Origin: Veleropilina oligotropha
Lineage: Eukaryota
Assembly (NCBI GenBank): GCA_048128005.1
Contig: JBEUKZ010000008.1
Span: forward strand, 434,001-498,000
DNA length: 64,000 bases
Direction: 5' to 3'
Shown: piece by piece, positions 1 to 13,250 of the stretch
How positions within the stretch are numbered: position 1 is the stretch's first letter
How the letters are laid out: every line of letters starts with the position of its first letter
Made by a program: the position numbers and the translations under genes
The notes under the pieces: model-generated
What the model saw: the letters and a program-made list of their open reading frames with translations, nothing else
Databases searched by the model: none
What the model was told of the DNA's origin: nothing

Positions 1-223
1 GAAAGAAACCATTTACATCCAGCAACAGAAACCCACCATGAACCGGGACCTGGGCTACCACCTCCCGGCCGTCTACACATCGATTCTCCTGCCACGTAGA
101 GCGCAACTTCATAAACCGTCATTACGTGACCAAGGTCCGCAGTAGACGGACCGAAACGTCATAATCATTTCGCAATTTTTTGTTTCAAAGTATGTAAATC
201 TATATTTACTATTTATTATCTAA
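1..223 (+). mobile_element. 3' end of a Penelope-like element (GIY-YIG C-terminus and 3' UTR/pLTR), truncated by the window start
   Basis: Translates to KETIYIQQQKPTMNRDLGYHLPAVY, a typical PLE C-terminus; near-identical to 59932-60147. Confidence 0.85.
120..166 (+). ncRNA. Minimal type I hammerhead ribozyme motif with G3:C8 core variant
   Basis: attac-GUGACCA-a-ggtccg(cagtaga)cggacc-GAAA-CGUC-ataat: stem II perfect, palindromic ACGU helix III, one mismatch in stem I. Confidence 0.72.
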
Positions 224-1283
224 CAATTACCTTACCATCTTCAAAGCTGCTTGTCCAAACAATGTACAAAACATTTGGAGCATATATGAAGGACTTTCAA
301 AACAAGTCGTAAAATTTGACTGATTTTCATATGTAAATTGCAGCCATCTTGAAATTATAATGAGCTTTACCATCCGATCATGGAAAATGCCTGCTCTGGC
401 CTATAGTAGGCCTACTATGTAGGCCTTGTGAGCTGCCATATCCTTTTGGGTTTTTTGAAAAGTTTCCACAAATTTCAACCTAAACCTTTAATATAAACAC
501 CTAGAAACCTATGCATGTATGGAAAGAATGTGATGTTACGAATGCAAACTTAGATATATATACTGGGCGATTCTAACCACCAATTTGCACATATTTTCGT
601 TCGGTACAATGTCGATCATATGCCCATGTCGCCGTAGCTGCGCTCAGAGGGTTAATATCCCGTTTTAAGAACCGTCAGGACAAGCATCTCGTACTGTATT
701 ATCATGTTAGGTAAAGCCCGGTCATCCAGGAAAAAAAGCTCTCACAGGCCAGTTATGAGGAACTGTGACTGCTGCCTGAACAAAGTGCCCAGGTGAGGAT
801 TCCAACTGTTACTCAGAGCAGTCAAGCGAATGCATTGTGAGCCCTGTATACTGCTGCAGTCCCAATGTATCTTGAGGTGCCTTTTTCTCTTTTTGATGTG
901 TATAAGCGTACTTCTGTGTTTGCGGATGGTAAACGATGAGAGTATACAATGTATACAACTTTGAATTTGCAGCATAAAAAACTGTATTTAGTTCAGCTCA
1001 ATAGAATGGTGTCATAGCAGCCACAATGTACCACTTAAGGCATTATTGTTCAATGAAAATAAAAAATAAACCGATAAAGCAAAATTAAGTGTTTGAAAAT
1101 TATTTTCCCTGCGAGGTCTTTCCACAAAATTTAGAGATTAAAGGTGAACTGCACACAGCAAGTCTATAGTAAGCATCACTTAAATCCACCTGACGATATT
1201 ATTAACCATATTAAATATAGCGCTGAAATTAAAAAAGAATGACAATCAAAATATATGTACCTAATACTAATAATGTACCTGGT

Positions 1284-1375
1284 CCGCCACCCTATGACCC
1301 CTCCTCGCCACCCTATGACCCCTCCCCACCACCCTATGACCCTTCCCTACCACTCTATGACCCCTCCCCGCCACC
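1284..1375. repeat. 21-bp tandem repeat (ccgccaccctatgacccctcc), about 4.5 copies, probably inside a MITE-like element ending agaaccct at about 1481
   Basis: Direct reading of the units; the terminal agaaccct resembles the cagggtt...aaccctg MITEs elsewhere in the window. Confidence 0.75.
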
Positions 1376-1480
1376 TTTCCACTTTAAAAAAAAAATTAAA
1401 AATACACGCACGGGCGCGAACACAAGCGACCCCTGCGTGACATAATTTCCCCACCTTATAATTTCAATACGGGAGAACCC

Positions 1481-2914
1481 TACATCTACTAGTTTACGTT
1501 ACACCTGGGTGACACACCATACGTCTACTAGTTTACGTTATGCCTGGGTGACACACCATACGTCTACTAGTTTATGTTACGCCTGGGTGACACACCATAC
1601 GTCTACTAGTTTACGCTATGCCTGGGTGACACACCATACGTCTACTAGTTTACGCTATGCCTGGGTGACACACCATACGTCTACTAGTTTACGTTATGCC
1701 TGGGTGACACACCATACGTCTACTAGTTTACGTTATGCCTGGGTGACACACCATACGTCTACTAGTTTACATTATGCCTGGGTGACACACCATACATCTA
1801 CTAGTTTACATTATGCCTGGGTGACACACCATACGTCTACTAGTTTACATTATGCCTGGGTGACACACCATACGTCTACTAGTTTACGTTATGCCTGGGT
1901 GACACACCATACGTCTACTAGTTTACGTTATGCCTGGGTGACACACCATACGTCTACTAGTTTACGTTATGCCTGGGTGACACACCATACTTCTACTAGT
2001 TTACGTTATGCCTGGGTGACACACCATACGTCTACTAGTTTATGTTATGCCTGGGTGACACACCATACATCTACTAGTTTACATTATGCCTGGGTGACAC
2101 ACCATACGTCTACTAGTTTACATTATGCCTGGGTGACACACCATACGTCTACTAGTTTACGTTATGCCTGGGTGACACACCATACGTCTACTAGTTTACG
2201 TTATGCCTGGGTGACACACCATACGTCTACTAGTTTACGTTATGCCTGGGTGACACACCATACTTCTACTAGTTTACGTTATGCCTGGGTGACACACCAT
2301 ACGTCTACTAGTTTACGTTATGCCTGGGTGACACACCATACGTCTACTAGTTTACGTTATGCCTGGGTGACACACCATACTTCTACTAGTTTACGTTATG
2401 CCTGGGTGACACACCATACATCTACTAGTTTATGTTACGCCTGGGTGACACACCATACGTCTACTAGTTTATGTTACGCCTGGGTGACACACCATACGTC
2501 TACTAGTTTATGTTATGCCTGGGTGACACACCATACGTCTAGTTTACTTTGTGCCTGGGTGACACACCATATGTCTACTAGTTTACTTTGTGCCTGGGTG
2601 ACACACCATACGTCTACTAGTTTACTTTGTGCCTGGGTGACACACCATATGTCTACTAGTTTATGTTACGTCTGGGTGACACACCATACGTCTACTAGTT
2701 TACTTTGTGCCTGGGTGACACACCATACGTCTACTAGTTTATGTTACGTCTGGGTGACACACCATACGTCTACTAGTTTACTTTGTGCCTGGGTGACACA
2801 CCATATGTCTACTAGTTTACTTTGTGCCTGGGTGACACACCATACGTCTACTAGTTTACTTTGTGCCTGGGTGACACACCATATGTCTACTAGTTAATGT
2901 TACGCCTGGGTGAC
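1481..2914. repeat. 39-bp minisatellite, about 37 copies (tacgtctactagtttacgttatgcctgggtgacacacca)
   Basis: Head-to-tail units without spacers; one unit has a 3-nt deletion near 2540. Confidence 0.97.
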
Positions 2915-5440
2915 CCAAGTATGATGTTGTTTATCAATTCACTAGTAAATATCTAAATACACACGTAGATCATAATTCATCTGGTATGAGGTCAACCGTT
3001 ATGAGTGGCGACTGCATAACAAGAGTACAGTCAACCATAATGTGTTTATTTGTGTGGAAAATACTAGTTCATTTAGTGCGCTGACGAAACCGCCTTCACA
3101 GTCTCTCTCTGTTATCATCGCCCATGTGAGCAGCATACATAATCACTCGATCAACTCCTCGCTCTACGCATTCACTAATGTGACCAACCTGCACAACATC
3201 CCGATTCATCCTACACCTGATGAATGACCAATTTAATATGCAAATTACAATTATGCCAAAAATAAAAGTAATGATGCAAAATTCTTATTTGAACTATACA
3301 CACTGTCCTTAAATTTTGTTAAGAAAATTCCTTTTTGTTTATTTTCAATATTATTTTATGCATACTATATTTATATGAACACAAGTGAGAAATTTCTTTA
3401 TATATATGACTATAAATTTTGGAAAATGTACGAGTTAACGTTGGAGAAGAATCCTATGCTTCAAGGCTGAAGTATGAAGTTCTCTAGGTGTATTTTGTTT
3501 GACATTCATCATATAGTATGTCACATGATCGGGTGATCTTTTGACTCATACTCCATTATGTGTGCATTGTGGATTCCACCAAATTGGCTGGGCTTCATGG
3601 TACAATTAACACTATTTGCTGATCCAATCACAGACCAAGTACTGCAGAATTATCTCAGTGACGTAACATGCAATGACCTATTTTATCTACAGGTGGACAT
3701 GAAGCTCTTTAACAAACAAACATTGTTCCATTATCAGGGCTATTGTTATATCTCTATAAAAACTGGTCATAAAGCATTCCAACAGGAACCTAATTAAAAG
3801 CTCCAGAACTGTTCAATTCATGTCAATATAACTGTAAATATTGAGATAAGAGTGCCAATTTGATTTAACACATAAAGGTGACATTAAATGGCCCATGGCA
3901 AAGGCAATTCATTATCATAATTTATGATCACCGTGACAATTATTAAGATCTTAATATTTATCGTCGGTTTCTGGGCGGGGGGAGTTCGGCTATATTAATC
4001 CACCTATAAATTATTTTTACGAAAAAATACTTTGTGACAAAGAGCATAAAAGACAAAATCGGCTATATTAATCCACATATAATTTATTTTTACGAAAAAA
4101 TACTTTGTGACAAAAAGCATAAAAGACATAAGATAAGATATATAATTATTTCATATTAGTATATTTAGAATCACAATGACAAAACCATTTTGTGCTGCAT
4201 AAATAATCGTCATGTAAAATACAGAATGTCACAAAATATAGTTCCTCTGAAAAGTCACAGTAGGCGTGAACAGAACAAACAGGAAATCTATAATTCATAA
4301 CCGGATCGATGGTCTGTTCCAATCAGATACTGTACAGCTGAGGATATACTCAACGAGTATTTCCCTCAATATAAAAGTTACATACACGTTCATATTCTTT
4401 TATTACACCCAGCACCTGTCTGAATAACCCAATACATGTATTCATATACCAAGTCACCTGCACTTTTCAAAGCTATTGGGTTCTTTATTTAAAGCACGCC
4501 CGCTGAGAGAGGTATTCTTCAACGCAGGCTGCAAACAAAATGTGACTGCCTTTCTAGACCACAAATTAGGACACACATTTCTGACAGATCTTTGAAGAAT
4601 CCACAGGTTTGCTTTTCTTGACCTATTCGCAAGAAGTCGAAGAACCCCGCCTGGTCCAATCAGGACAATCATCGGGTCAGCTCTGTTGGTGATCACATTC
4701 TTCCTTAATCTTTTACATTCCACGTCGTTGGGTCGCGTAAGTGCAATCGCGGTAATTTAGCATTGGGGCCAGGTACATATTATACAGATCTCGATCACAC
4801 GTGCTTGCAAAAACTGAACACAATGCCAGTCAAATATACCACAAGCCCAAACAGATGGCGCATTAATTAGTATACAAATGAAAAATTCACTATGAAGCTA
4901 ATTGTTTGCTTTTAATAGCAACATTATAAGCTGGTGATTTGGAAATAGCATTATATATCCACATGAATAGCTGAGGTTATATAATTGACTTTGCCAATTG
5001 AGGTTATCGTGAAGCTTTTGATGCTTGAATAAAACTTTCTACATGACTTGCAGTACTTAAAGCATTTAATAGACAAACATTAGACTCTTGAAATTATATT
5101 TATTATGATGAATAAAATTGTGTGCAAAATGCCAATGGAAGCATCCATGCCGACCCCTGGAACATAATACTCCGAAAATTAAACCTCTCCTCTCTGAAAT
5201 TGCTGTATACCATTGCTCATCATAATATTCTCCAAAGAGGGATATCGTTTCTCCAAATTATCTTAAAAGATATTTATATATTGGTTTTCCTATGAAATTT
5301 TGACACGAAAAATGTAGAGCAAAAATATTATCACACAGGTTAATATTTATATTAACGAACAGATTGCACCCAGGCAATTCGACAGTGTATCAGAGTGGAT
5401 GATATCCTCAGACTACGCTAACAGTTGGCTTAATTCATAC

Positions 5441-5497
5441 CACAAACAAGCGCATCCGAGAGGAAGCATAGTTGAGCCATGTAGTCTTCATGGACAT
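5441..5497 (-). CDS. Candidate alternative first coding exon (MSMKTTWLNYASSRMRLFV); the frame is open up to an acceptor at 5868
   Basis: ATG to gtg|gtatga, phase 0; part of ORF 5435..5827; tttttacag| acceptor at 5869. Confidence 0.35.
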
Positions 5498-8400
5498 GCA
5501 CCGTCCACCACACAAGACAGACAGACAGACAGCCTCAATACAATAGTTTCTCCGTTTACACGGCTCAACTAAAAACACATTCACCAGATAAATGAAACGG
5601 ATGTTTCTGACCTCACAAACATCACGAGGCCATTTACATTCATTGTTACATATTTGTTCTGGCTTTAAATTTGACAGCCTCCTGTTTAAGGTGAATAAAC
5701 TCAATACACCTGTCAATAATAGTAATAAATGCGGCCATCGAAGCAGATCGCATCCTGATACCGGATATGCTTTGTATATCAATGATAAGACGGAATCAAT
5801 CGGTGCAAGGGCATGAGTATTATACATGCGACCAGGTGAAGTGAGAAGCAGAGAGCTCTCAATGTGTCCTGTAAAAACAGCAGAAATCCAATTGTATGTA
5901 CTATGAAATTACTTTCCCTATCAGTTTAGCCATAAAATTATGAGTGATCAATTTCAAAGGACTGGAGTGCTAAAGAGATCAAATTAAAAGTATTAAATAT
6001 TACCATAAACAAATAATATTGTAACAAGTACTACAGCTTATTTTATAAGACCAAGAGACTTCTTTTAAACAAACTATTTAGTTATAATTAAATCAAGACA
6101 TTCACACAAACGAAAAAGATTGCTCACAAATTTGCAAAGATAACTCTCCCTATTGACTAATGTCACAAGATAGAATAATAAATTAATTATACAATGCAGT
6201 GCATTTCAACATAAACTCGTACATATTTTGCACATACTTCTGAAAATTTGCAGACATACTATATACCAGTACCATATGAGCTACACAATTTGGATAAATA
6301 AGATTGAAGTGCTTATAAGTTGAGGCATGTAGCTGGAACAGCTTACATTTGTCTCACAATACAATGTAAGCAAAAACATATCTTTTTATCTTATCAATAT
6401 ATTCTAGTACGATTATTTTCTATGTGAAATGAAGCAAACGCCTTGAAATTAGAAACTGGATACCTTTTAACCCTATGGCCTGAGATTCCCCGAAACATTC
6501 AACAAGGCGTTCACACAACAGTCTATATGTTCTGATTGTTGACTTAGTTATGCAAACTTTATGTAACTTGACACGAACTAGTAATCTATGTACTATGCTG
6601 TTAAACCAACTGGAAACTGTTAAAACCAACTGGAAAATACAAAATTAACGTACTTATCATTCTTCCAAAGAACTTGATACCCTAAACCACACAGGTGTGT
6701 GCAGAGAATGTTCTATATGAGTCAGATTGTGTATATACCTGGAGTGCTTCGTCGAATAAGTGTTTATGAAATGTCGTCAAGACTATTATGTAACCTGAAG
6801 TGATGACATAGCTCTATTCAGACACCTACAAAGAAATATATCAAACCACACAGTCACCAGCTAATGTGTTGCAAATTAATCTAAAGAGATCTGAAATATT
6901 CTGTTATATTATAAGTGCCCCATGCTGACTCAGACATTGTATTATTTATATTTCTAACAGAGTATCATTACAAATTGTGTAACAGTTAGGTGATCACCTC
7001 GTGATATAAACATGTGCCATTTTAAACTATTTAAAATGATTTTACAAAATACATGGCAAAAATCATATAGCAGTATGAAAAAGTTTTTTCCCTGACCTAT
7101 AACAGCTTTCCAAAATTTAGTTCAAACCAACATGAATACATTTAAATAGCCAATTTTTGTTGACTTCGGTCGATCTTCACATTAATTGTTATCGGTAAAA
7201 GATAAATTGGCTATTACAGACTTTTCTTGGCAACCTGTAGGTCATTCTCGAGAAACCCCACGGTGTGTCACAAGGGTGTCTATAAACACACATGACAAAT
7301 TCTATTGCATTGACAATAGCATTATCAAATACACAATGTAGGAGACAAAAGATTTAGTGGATTCTCGAACTGTCGACAATTACTGAATGAACTAACCATC
7401 ACACAATTTAATGACTGTCCAGAATGCTTGCTGCTTTATTATATGGCCTTTAAATTATAATTGGTCAGTTGGTTTAAGCCATTCAGAACTAAGTGGATGT
7501 AACTATATGATGACCACAGCCCTCTGAAAGTAGGATGGAGATAATTATTTGACCAATGACAAAGCCGGAATACGATGGTCACCCAAAATAGACAGGTTAT
7601 TTATTACTGACCTACAATGGCACTAATTACATCGTTAGTCACTGGGTCAATCGATGCACGCAGTTACCTGTGGAGTAAAAGTATCCCACACCTGCTCTCA
7701 TCTCAGAAGGTATCGCATTGAGAAAGCGTAGATTGATCCGGTTGCGAATATTTTATGTCATATTAAATCATTATTACACGTACAGTACGATATGGTATAT
7801 GAATCTCGTCATGAAGTGACGACGTGTAGTTTAAGTACATGTTGTATTTATATATGGATCAAACTGTCAGACAATGTTCACTACACCGAGTTAACAGCAT
7901 CACTTGCATACTTATCATATCACAAAATGACATGTTGATGGACATTAATTGATTTATTAATCATGATTTTTAGATTCAATTAAATTATCAGCATGAATTA
8001 ATTAATATTACCAGATCAACACAAATCAGCTATATAAATTTGGAATAATTTCAAGTTGAAATGAGTATGTTTTCTTTCTTCCTGATATATACGTCCATTT
8101 CAAACTTTCTGGGGCATGTATCAACTGTCCGCCATCTGTTGCTTTGCATAATGAGTTTCATTCCAACTAAATCGACTCATTAATAAAGATCACGACCGCT
8201 ACATTAATTGAGACAGCTCCATCATCGATTAATTACGCTAAGCCATATTGCTCCAGAAGAGAGCGTTCGATCGTCACCGGAGGAAATTGCAAGAATTCAT
8301 TTGGGCAAATTATGTGAATTGTCCTTAAATGATCATCCTACTTGAAGAAAATTGCTCATATAACAGACTCATCTGACAGCATAACCATGATAAATCACTA

Positions 8401-9250
8401 CATATTAACCATCCTGTCATGATTGTCTCTACTGCGTACCTCTTATTAACAAGTTACATCTAGATGACACGTCTCGAATGCTATCAATGCAGGTACAAAC
8501 GAATGACGAATACTGCATAGAACATGGCAGTATTTTGCGACATGCAAGACAACAGGTGTAATTGAAATTTCCACAAAATATAGGCAAAATACAACAACGA
8601 AAATTATTTCAAGTGTACATGCATTAACCTTAAGAAATGACGATTAAAACAACAGTGAACTGCATGACTATTGTATACGAAAATAATTATAATCTACAAT
8701 GTATGAAACTTTGAATACTTGATGACTTAGTTATGCAAATGATTTACTCCTAATAACATATGGTTTGGAATCAATATACGAGTTACAAGGAATACGTTAT
8801 CTAAAGCAGCTGCTTCAGTGCTTGGATGGTCACGTGCACAGCTGTCACTCGATGCATTTCTGAGAGGAAGCATAACCTACTTTATGCAGTGGCATGTACG
8901 ACTTGCAACATTAAACAGTGTGTATACACATATGCATGGCTGTTGTGTAATGCACTCTCAGCATGGGGTATAATGCTGACCCTAGATGCCACATGTATAC
9001 TTACTGTCCAGGGATTAAAATATTCGAATGGCGTGTATAAATCAACTGACAATAAGTACTGCACCTTGCTAATAAAGTTACATTCATAAAACAGAAACGA
9101 AATTTAAAAAATTGTCACAATTAAGTGGTTGTTAGTTAGAATTCAAACTAAGAGATATATTTAAAAAAAACATTTTTGCATACTAAATTAATGATTATAA
9201 CTAGTGTCATTTTGTCAACAATTTTATAGTGGATATGTGGACTTTCATTT

Positions 9251-9857
9251 GGATTCATGTCAACTCGTACCCGAGTGAAGTCGTACCTAGTAAAAACTTA
9301 TCATATTTAAAATCTTTGTTTGAAAAATGAAAAATTTGCTCCACACTTGGCTTAATATTCCATAACAGATTGACAGCATTTTATATTGCGAGTTATTCAT
9401 CCTCTGAATTGTGCTCTTTCATGATGGTAATAGATCATCCAAACCTGTAAGACAGGTATATATAAGTTATAACTAAAGACTTTTATACTGGGTCATATTA
9501 ATTTATTGTTCAGACAGACTAAAACTTCTATAATATTTTTGAAAATGTAAGATATTATATAGTTTATATAATTTCTAACTGTCGTGAGCTGCCATCAATA
9601 ATTATTGATTTATATTTTACTTTAACAGTTGATATATGATCATCTATGTATATTTATGTGTGTAATAAACGTTAGATTATTAAATTATAACAGCAATTTT
9701 GATCATATAATTTCTAAATTAATATCTGACTGTCATTGTTGTGTCAAGGGGTTAATCGAAGTTAACGCGATTTTTACAATTTAAATTGGGAAAAGTCGAT
9801 CAGTTTATGTAGGACTTGATTTGGTACGACTTCACTCGGGTACGACTTTACCTGCAC
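9251..9857. mobile_element. Non-autonomous DNA transposon (MULE-type by TSD length)
   Basis: TIR core tcgtacccgagtgaagtcgtacc / ggtacgacttcactcgggtacga; flanking direct repeat actttcattt at 9241-9250 and 9858-9867. Confidence 0.75.
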
Positions 9858-10145
9858 ACTTTCATTTCAACTCCATGAAACAAACCCACTGGCATGAACT
9901 GCAGAGTGTAGATATATACATGTATCAGCAATGACTGATAGTACAAATGTCATACAAATAATTAAGTAACGAACCTACTTTAAAAAGAAAAGCAAAATGT
10001 ACCCATGGTCAACAAATTCTCGAACCACAATATATTTCAATCCATCCCCAAAAGTATATAAAGTAAACTAGTTATAATATTTTCATAATGTAAATTATTT
10101 GCATGCAGACTTATGTAAGAACTTAATTTAAATTTCCGTCTATAC

Positions 10146-10388
10146 CTTCATGAGAACTGGCGGGGCCAGCGGCCATGATCGTCGATACAGCTCCTTGACG
10201 TTCGTCCTGTGGATGCCTCGTCTGCGAGCCACGCTCGGAACGGCGGAGGACTTGAGAGAGTTAAACTCCGGTCGGACTTTCCGCTTCTCTCTAATACTGT
10301 CAGACTGATGCCTTGTAGCCGGTGTCTTATCTCCATTCTCCGCCAGATGAGAGGGAATGTGTGTGAAAGATCTTGTATAAACCGACAT
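10146..10388 (-). CDS. PLEKHG5: Candidate alternative first coding exon (MSVYTRSFTH...VARRRGIHRTNVKELYRRSWPLAPPVLMK)
   Basis: GC-rich 81-codon ORF from ATG to aag|gtatag, phase 0 (same phase as the 16606 donor); no obvious acceptor upstream. Confidence 0.65.
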
Positions 10389-11489
10389 CGGGACAACGTC
10401 ACAAAAGTCGTAATTCTTTGGTAATATTTGTTTATATATATATATACATATATATCCTTCTCAATCCTAATTGGCTCTTGGCTTGTTTACATATGTTTGT
10501 ATATATTCTCTTGCTTAAGTAGCTCGCTATCTCCTTAGCATGTAATCAAGGGCTTGAAGCAGATATGAATCTCATCTCAGTATTATCCTGGTTAGATCTC
10601 ACGTGTTAGCCTCCGCTGTCTGTTCCACAATGATAGTACTGCTTCAGGATTTGCTTCAAATCTGATATCATCCCAATGCAGAACTGCCACCAGATATACC
10701 TCAATAGTCTGCCAACTGTCCTGATATCATCCCAATGCAGAACTGCCACCAGATATACCTCAATAGTCTGTCAACTGTCCTGGGTCGTAGGTCAATAAGC
10801 CTGCTCCTTTCAGTGGCACAAACACTAGCTGGTCCTCACACAATGGCGATGAGCCTCACCTTCTCATCATGAACGCTTGGTTGAGCACAGTGTGTGGAGA
10901 AGACTTGACAAGCTAAATAGCACAGATTATACGCTAGCCAACTACAATTAAATGCTGAGGCATATATTTATAATCTCAGCAAGTCCTGCGCATAAGGGAT
11001 CAAAGTTGGCGGGTAAAATGAAGCCATATAAGACCAGTCCAGCAGTGTGGACGGGTCAGTCTACAAACAGTGGACAATGGCTATTCATAATGTACTCAAC
11101 TGCGTAGTGACAATGTATATGGCTCACCTGGATGAGTCAAACTAAATTGTTCTAATGAAGTTTAATTACAGATTAACCTGGCAGAAATACACAGTCTAGC
11201 TAGCTAGCTTGTCAATGGCTTATGTTTTTACAATGCCAAAGTAGAGGGCTTACTGATATAAAAACAAAGAAAGGAGCATTTATGTTTATAGATTATGCTC
11301 ATCTGGATTATAATATTAATAAATATAGAAGTTCGAAATAAGTTGCTGATAACATTTTGAATATGAAAATGACTTGCTTTCATTATTAATGGTCAAACTA
11401 TAATTGGAAATAATATTATATGTATATTAATGAAAATAATCTTAAAGATGCCATAAGTTATAATACATTCTATCATTATATATTATAAG

Positions 11490-11979
11490 ACAAGAACCAC
11501 GATCCGATATGTCTCGCCCTTTAAATATATATATCAATGTATCAGAAAATTCCATTCAATGAAAAACTTTAACCGAAAAAACTTTAACCAAAAACTTTAA
11601 CCAAAATTTATATGTCCAAAAACACCAATTTCATGCATTATTTATATAAAATTCCAATCAATAACAGTTCCAGAGTATCAGGTGTTGTCCATATAACCAT
11701 TACCAATGCATATGTATGCATAAAAACTTTAAACAAAAAGTTTAACCAAAATTTCTATGTCCAAAAACACCAATTTCATGCATTATTTATATAAAATTCC
11801 ATTCAATAAGTTTCAGAGTATCAGGTGTTGTCCATATAACCATTACCAATGCATATGTATGCATAAAAGTGCCTTTAGCAACCCATACACATGCAATGAA
11901 AAACTTTAACCGAAAATGACACGACGCCGCCGGAAAATGTAATCCCTAAGTCTCGCTTTCCCTTCGGGGCGAGACAAAA
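11490..11979 (+). mobile_element. Helentron-associated (HINE-like) non-autonomous element
   Basis: Starts acaag...tgtctcgccc, has an internal direct repeat of about 137 bp, ends with the gtctcgc...gcgagac palindrome and aaaaa. Confidence 0.7.
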
Positions 11980-13250
11980 ATGATAATATTTCAAATTATT
12001 CTTATCATTGTTAATCATTAATTACTAGCGTTGTCAAATTCAACAGCAGCAAACAGTTTCTATCACATACTAGGTGATATAGGTTTACTTGTATTATTTT
12101 TTTAAATACTTTTTTTATTTTTTATCGAAGAGCAACACCATTCATGACGCCAATATCAATAACTTTATATTTACTAATTTAAAAGTACTGCATTTAATAG
12201 AAAAGACTAATGGTGTGACCACTTCAATCTTTAATGTAAAGCTTCTCTCTATTAATCCATCAGAATCAGAGATGAATGGAACAGATTTATTAAAATTGTC
12301 TAGTTTTATCTTGGACATTAAATATGAACAAATATTTAATGCTTGTTCCATTAAATGTGCACAATACATATGAATTAACTTGTATACATACCTAAGTTAT
12401 AACCCATTAAAATATACAATCATTTCCTAGACATTGCCATAATTATCGATGGTGGTCGCTTTTCCAATGCAGGGGGTGCAATAAAACCACCCCGCAGAGC
12501 TTTAATGGAATCGACTTTCCATCTCAAATTTTCAAACACAAAAAGCAAACAGTGGAAATTAATGTATGGAGCGTTTATTATCGTTTGTAAACTTCTGACT
12601 TCTGTCGATAAATGTAAACTCTATTATGCCTATAATTACTGGCCCAGGACCTGAATTAATTTATTATCCAAGTAAAACCATTACGGTAAATTTATATCCA
12701 TGCAACCATAACGATCAACCATAACGACCCCCTGAAAGCGACGTCAAGCATGATGATGAATCAAGTCTAATTTTGTTGATTATGGTTCACTGCCTCAGAC
12801 AATAAAATAAGTACGGTCAACGATTAATTAGCGATCATAATATTATGTACAATTTATAAAGAATGGCAGAAATTAGACATGTCAAGATAATGTTAGATAA
12901 TAGTTGGACACAAATTTGTTCATCCACCACTTTTAAAAAATTCAACAAATATTATGTCTAATTATCATAAATAGCATTCGATCAATCAACAGTACCGCAA
13001 CACTAATATTTTTAAAAAAACATTTTGAATCTATTTGCTGTGACTATTAAATCATTCAAAATGAGTCATGGTTTTGTCACCTAGATGGTAAACTATTTTA
13101 TAAATAATCTCAAGTTTTGCGGTCGTAAACTTATTGTCACCAAGGTCGAAATAACAGCTAATAAAGAAAATATCCCTCAACAGCTATTATATATACCCTA
13201 CTGGCTCATCAGGTAAAAGGGTCGAGCGAACTGTGAAAGAAGAATGACAA

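Noticed and set aside
1239..1445. Proline-rich extensin-like ORF (PPPYDPS)n
   Set aside because: It is the translation of a 21-bp tandem repeat inside a probable MITE.
1481..2914. CRISPR-like array, or a 462-aa gene (ORF 1509..2897)
   Set aside because: Units are contiguous with no unique spacers, there are no cas genes and the context is eukaryotic. The ORF starts at GTG and follows from a 39-nt unit without a stop in one frame.
3987..4128. 72-bp direct duplication (also 59-bp at about 10662-10782 and 15-bp x3 at about 41260-41308)
   Set aside because: Ordinary local tandem duplications with no sign of function.
4458..4813. Terminal coding exon(s) of the PLEKHG5-like gene
   Set aside because: Splice-like signals exist, but the frames either stop early or do not fit a phase-0 junction with DH/PH-like sequence. 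It may be a UTR exon; unsupported as CDS.
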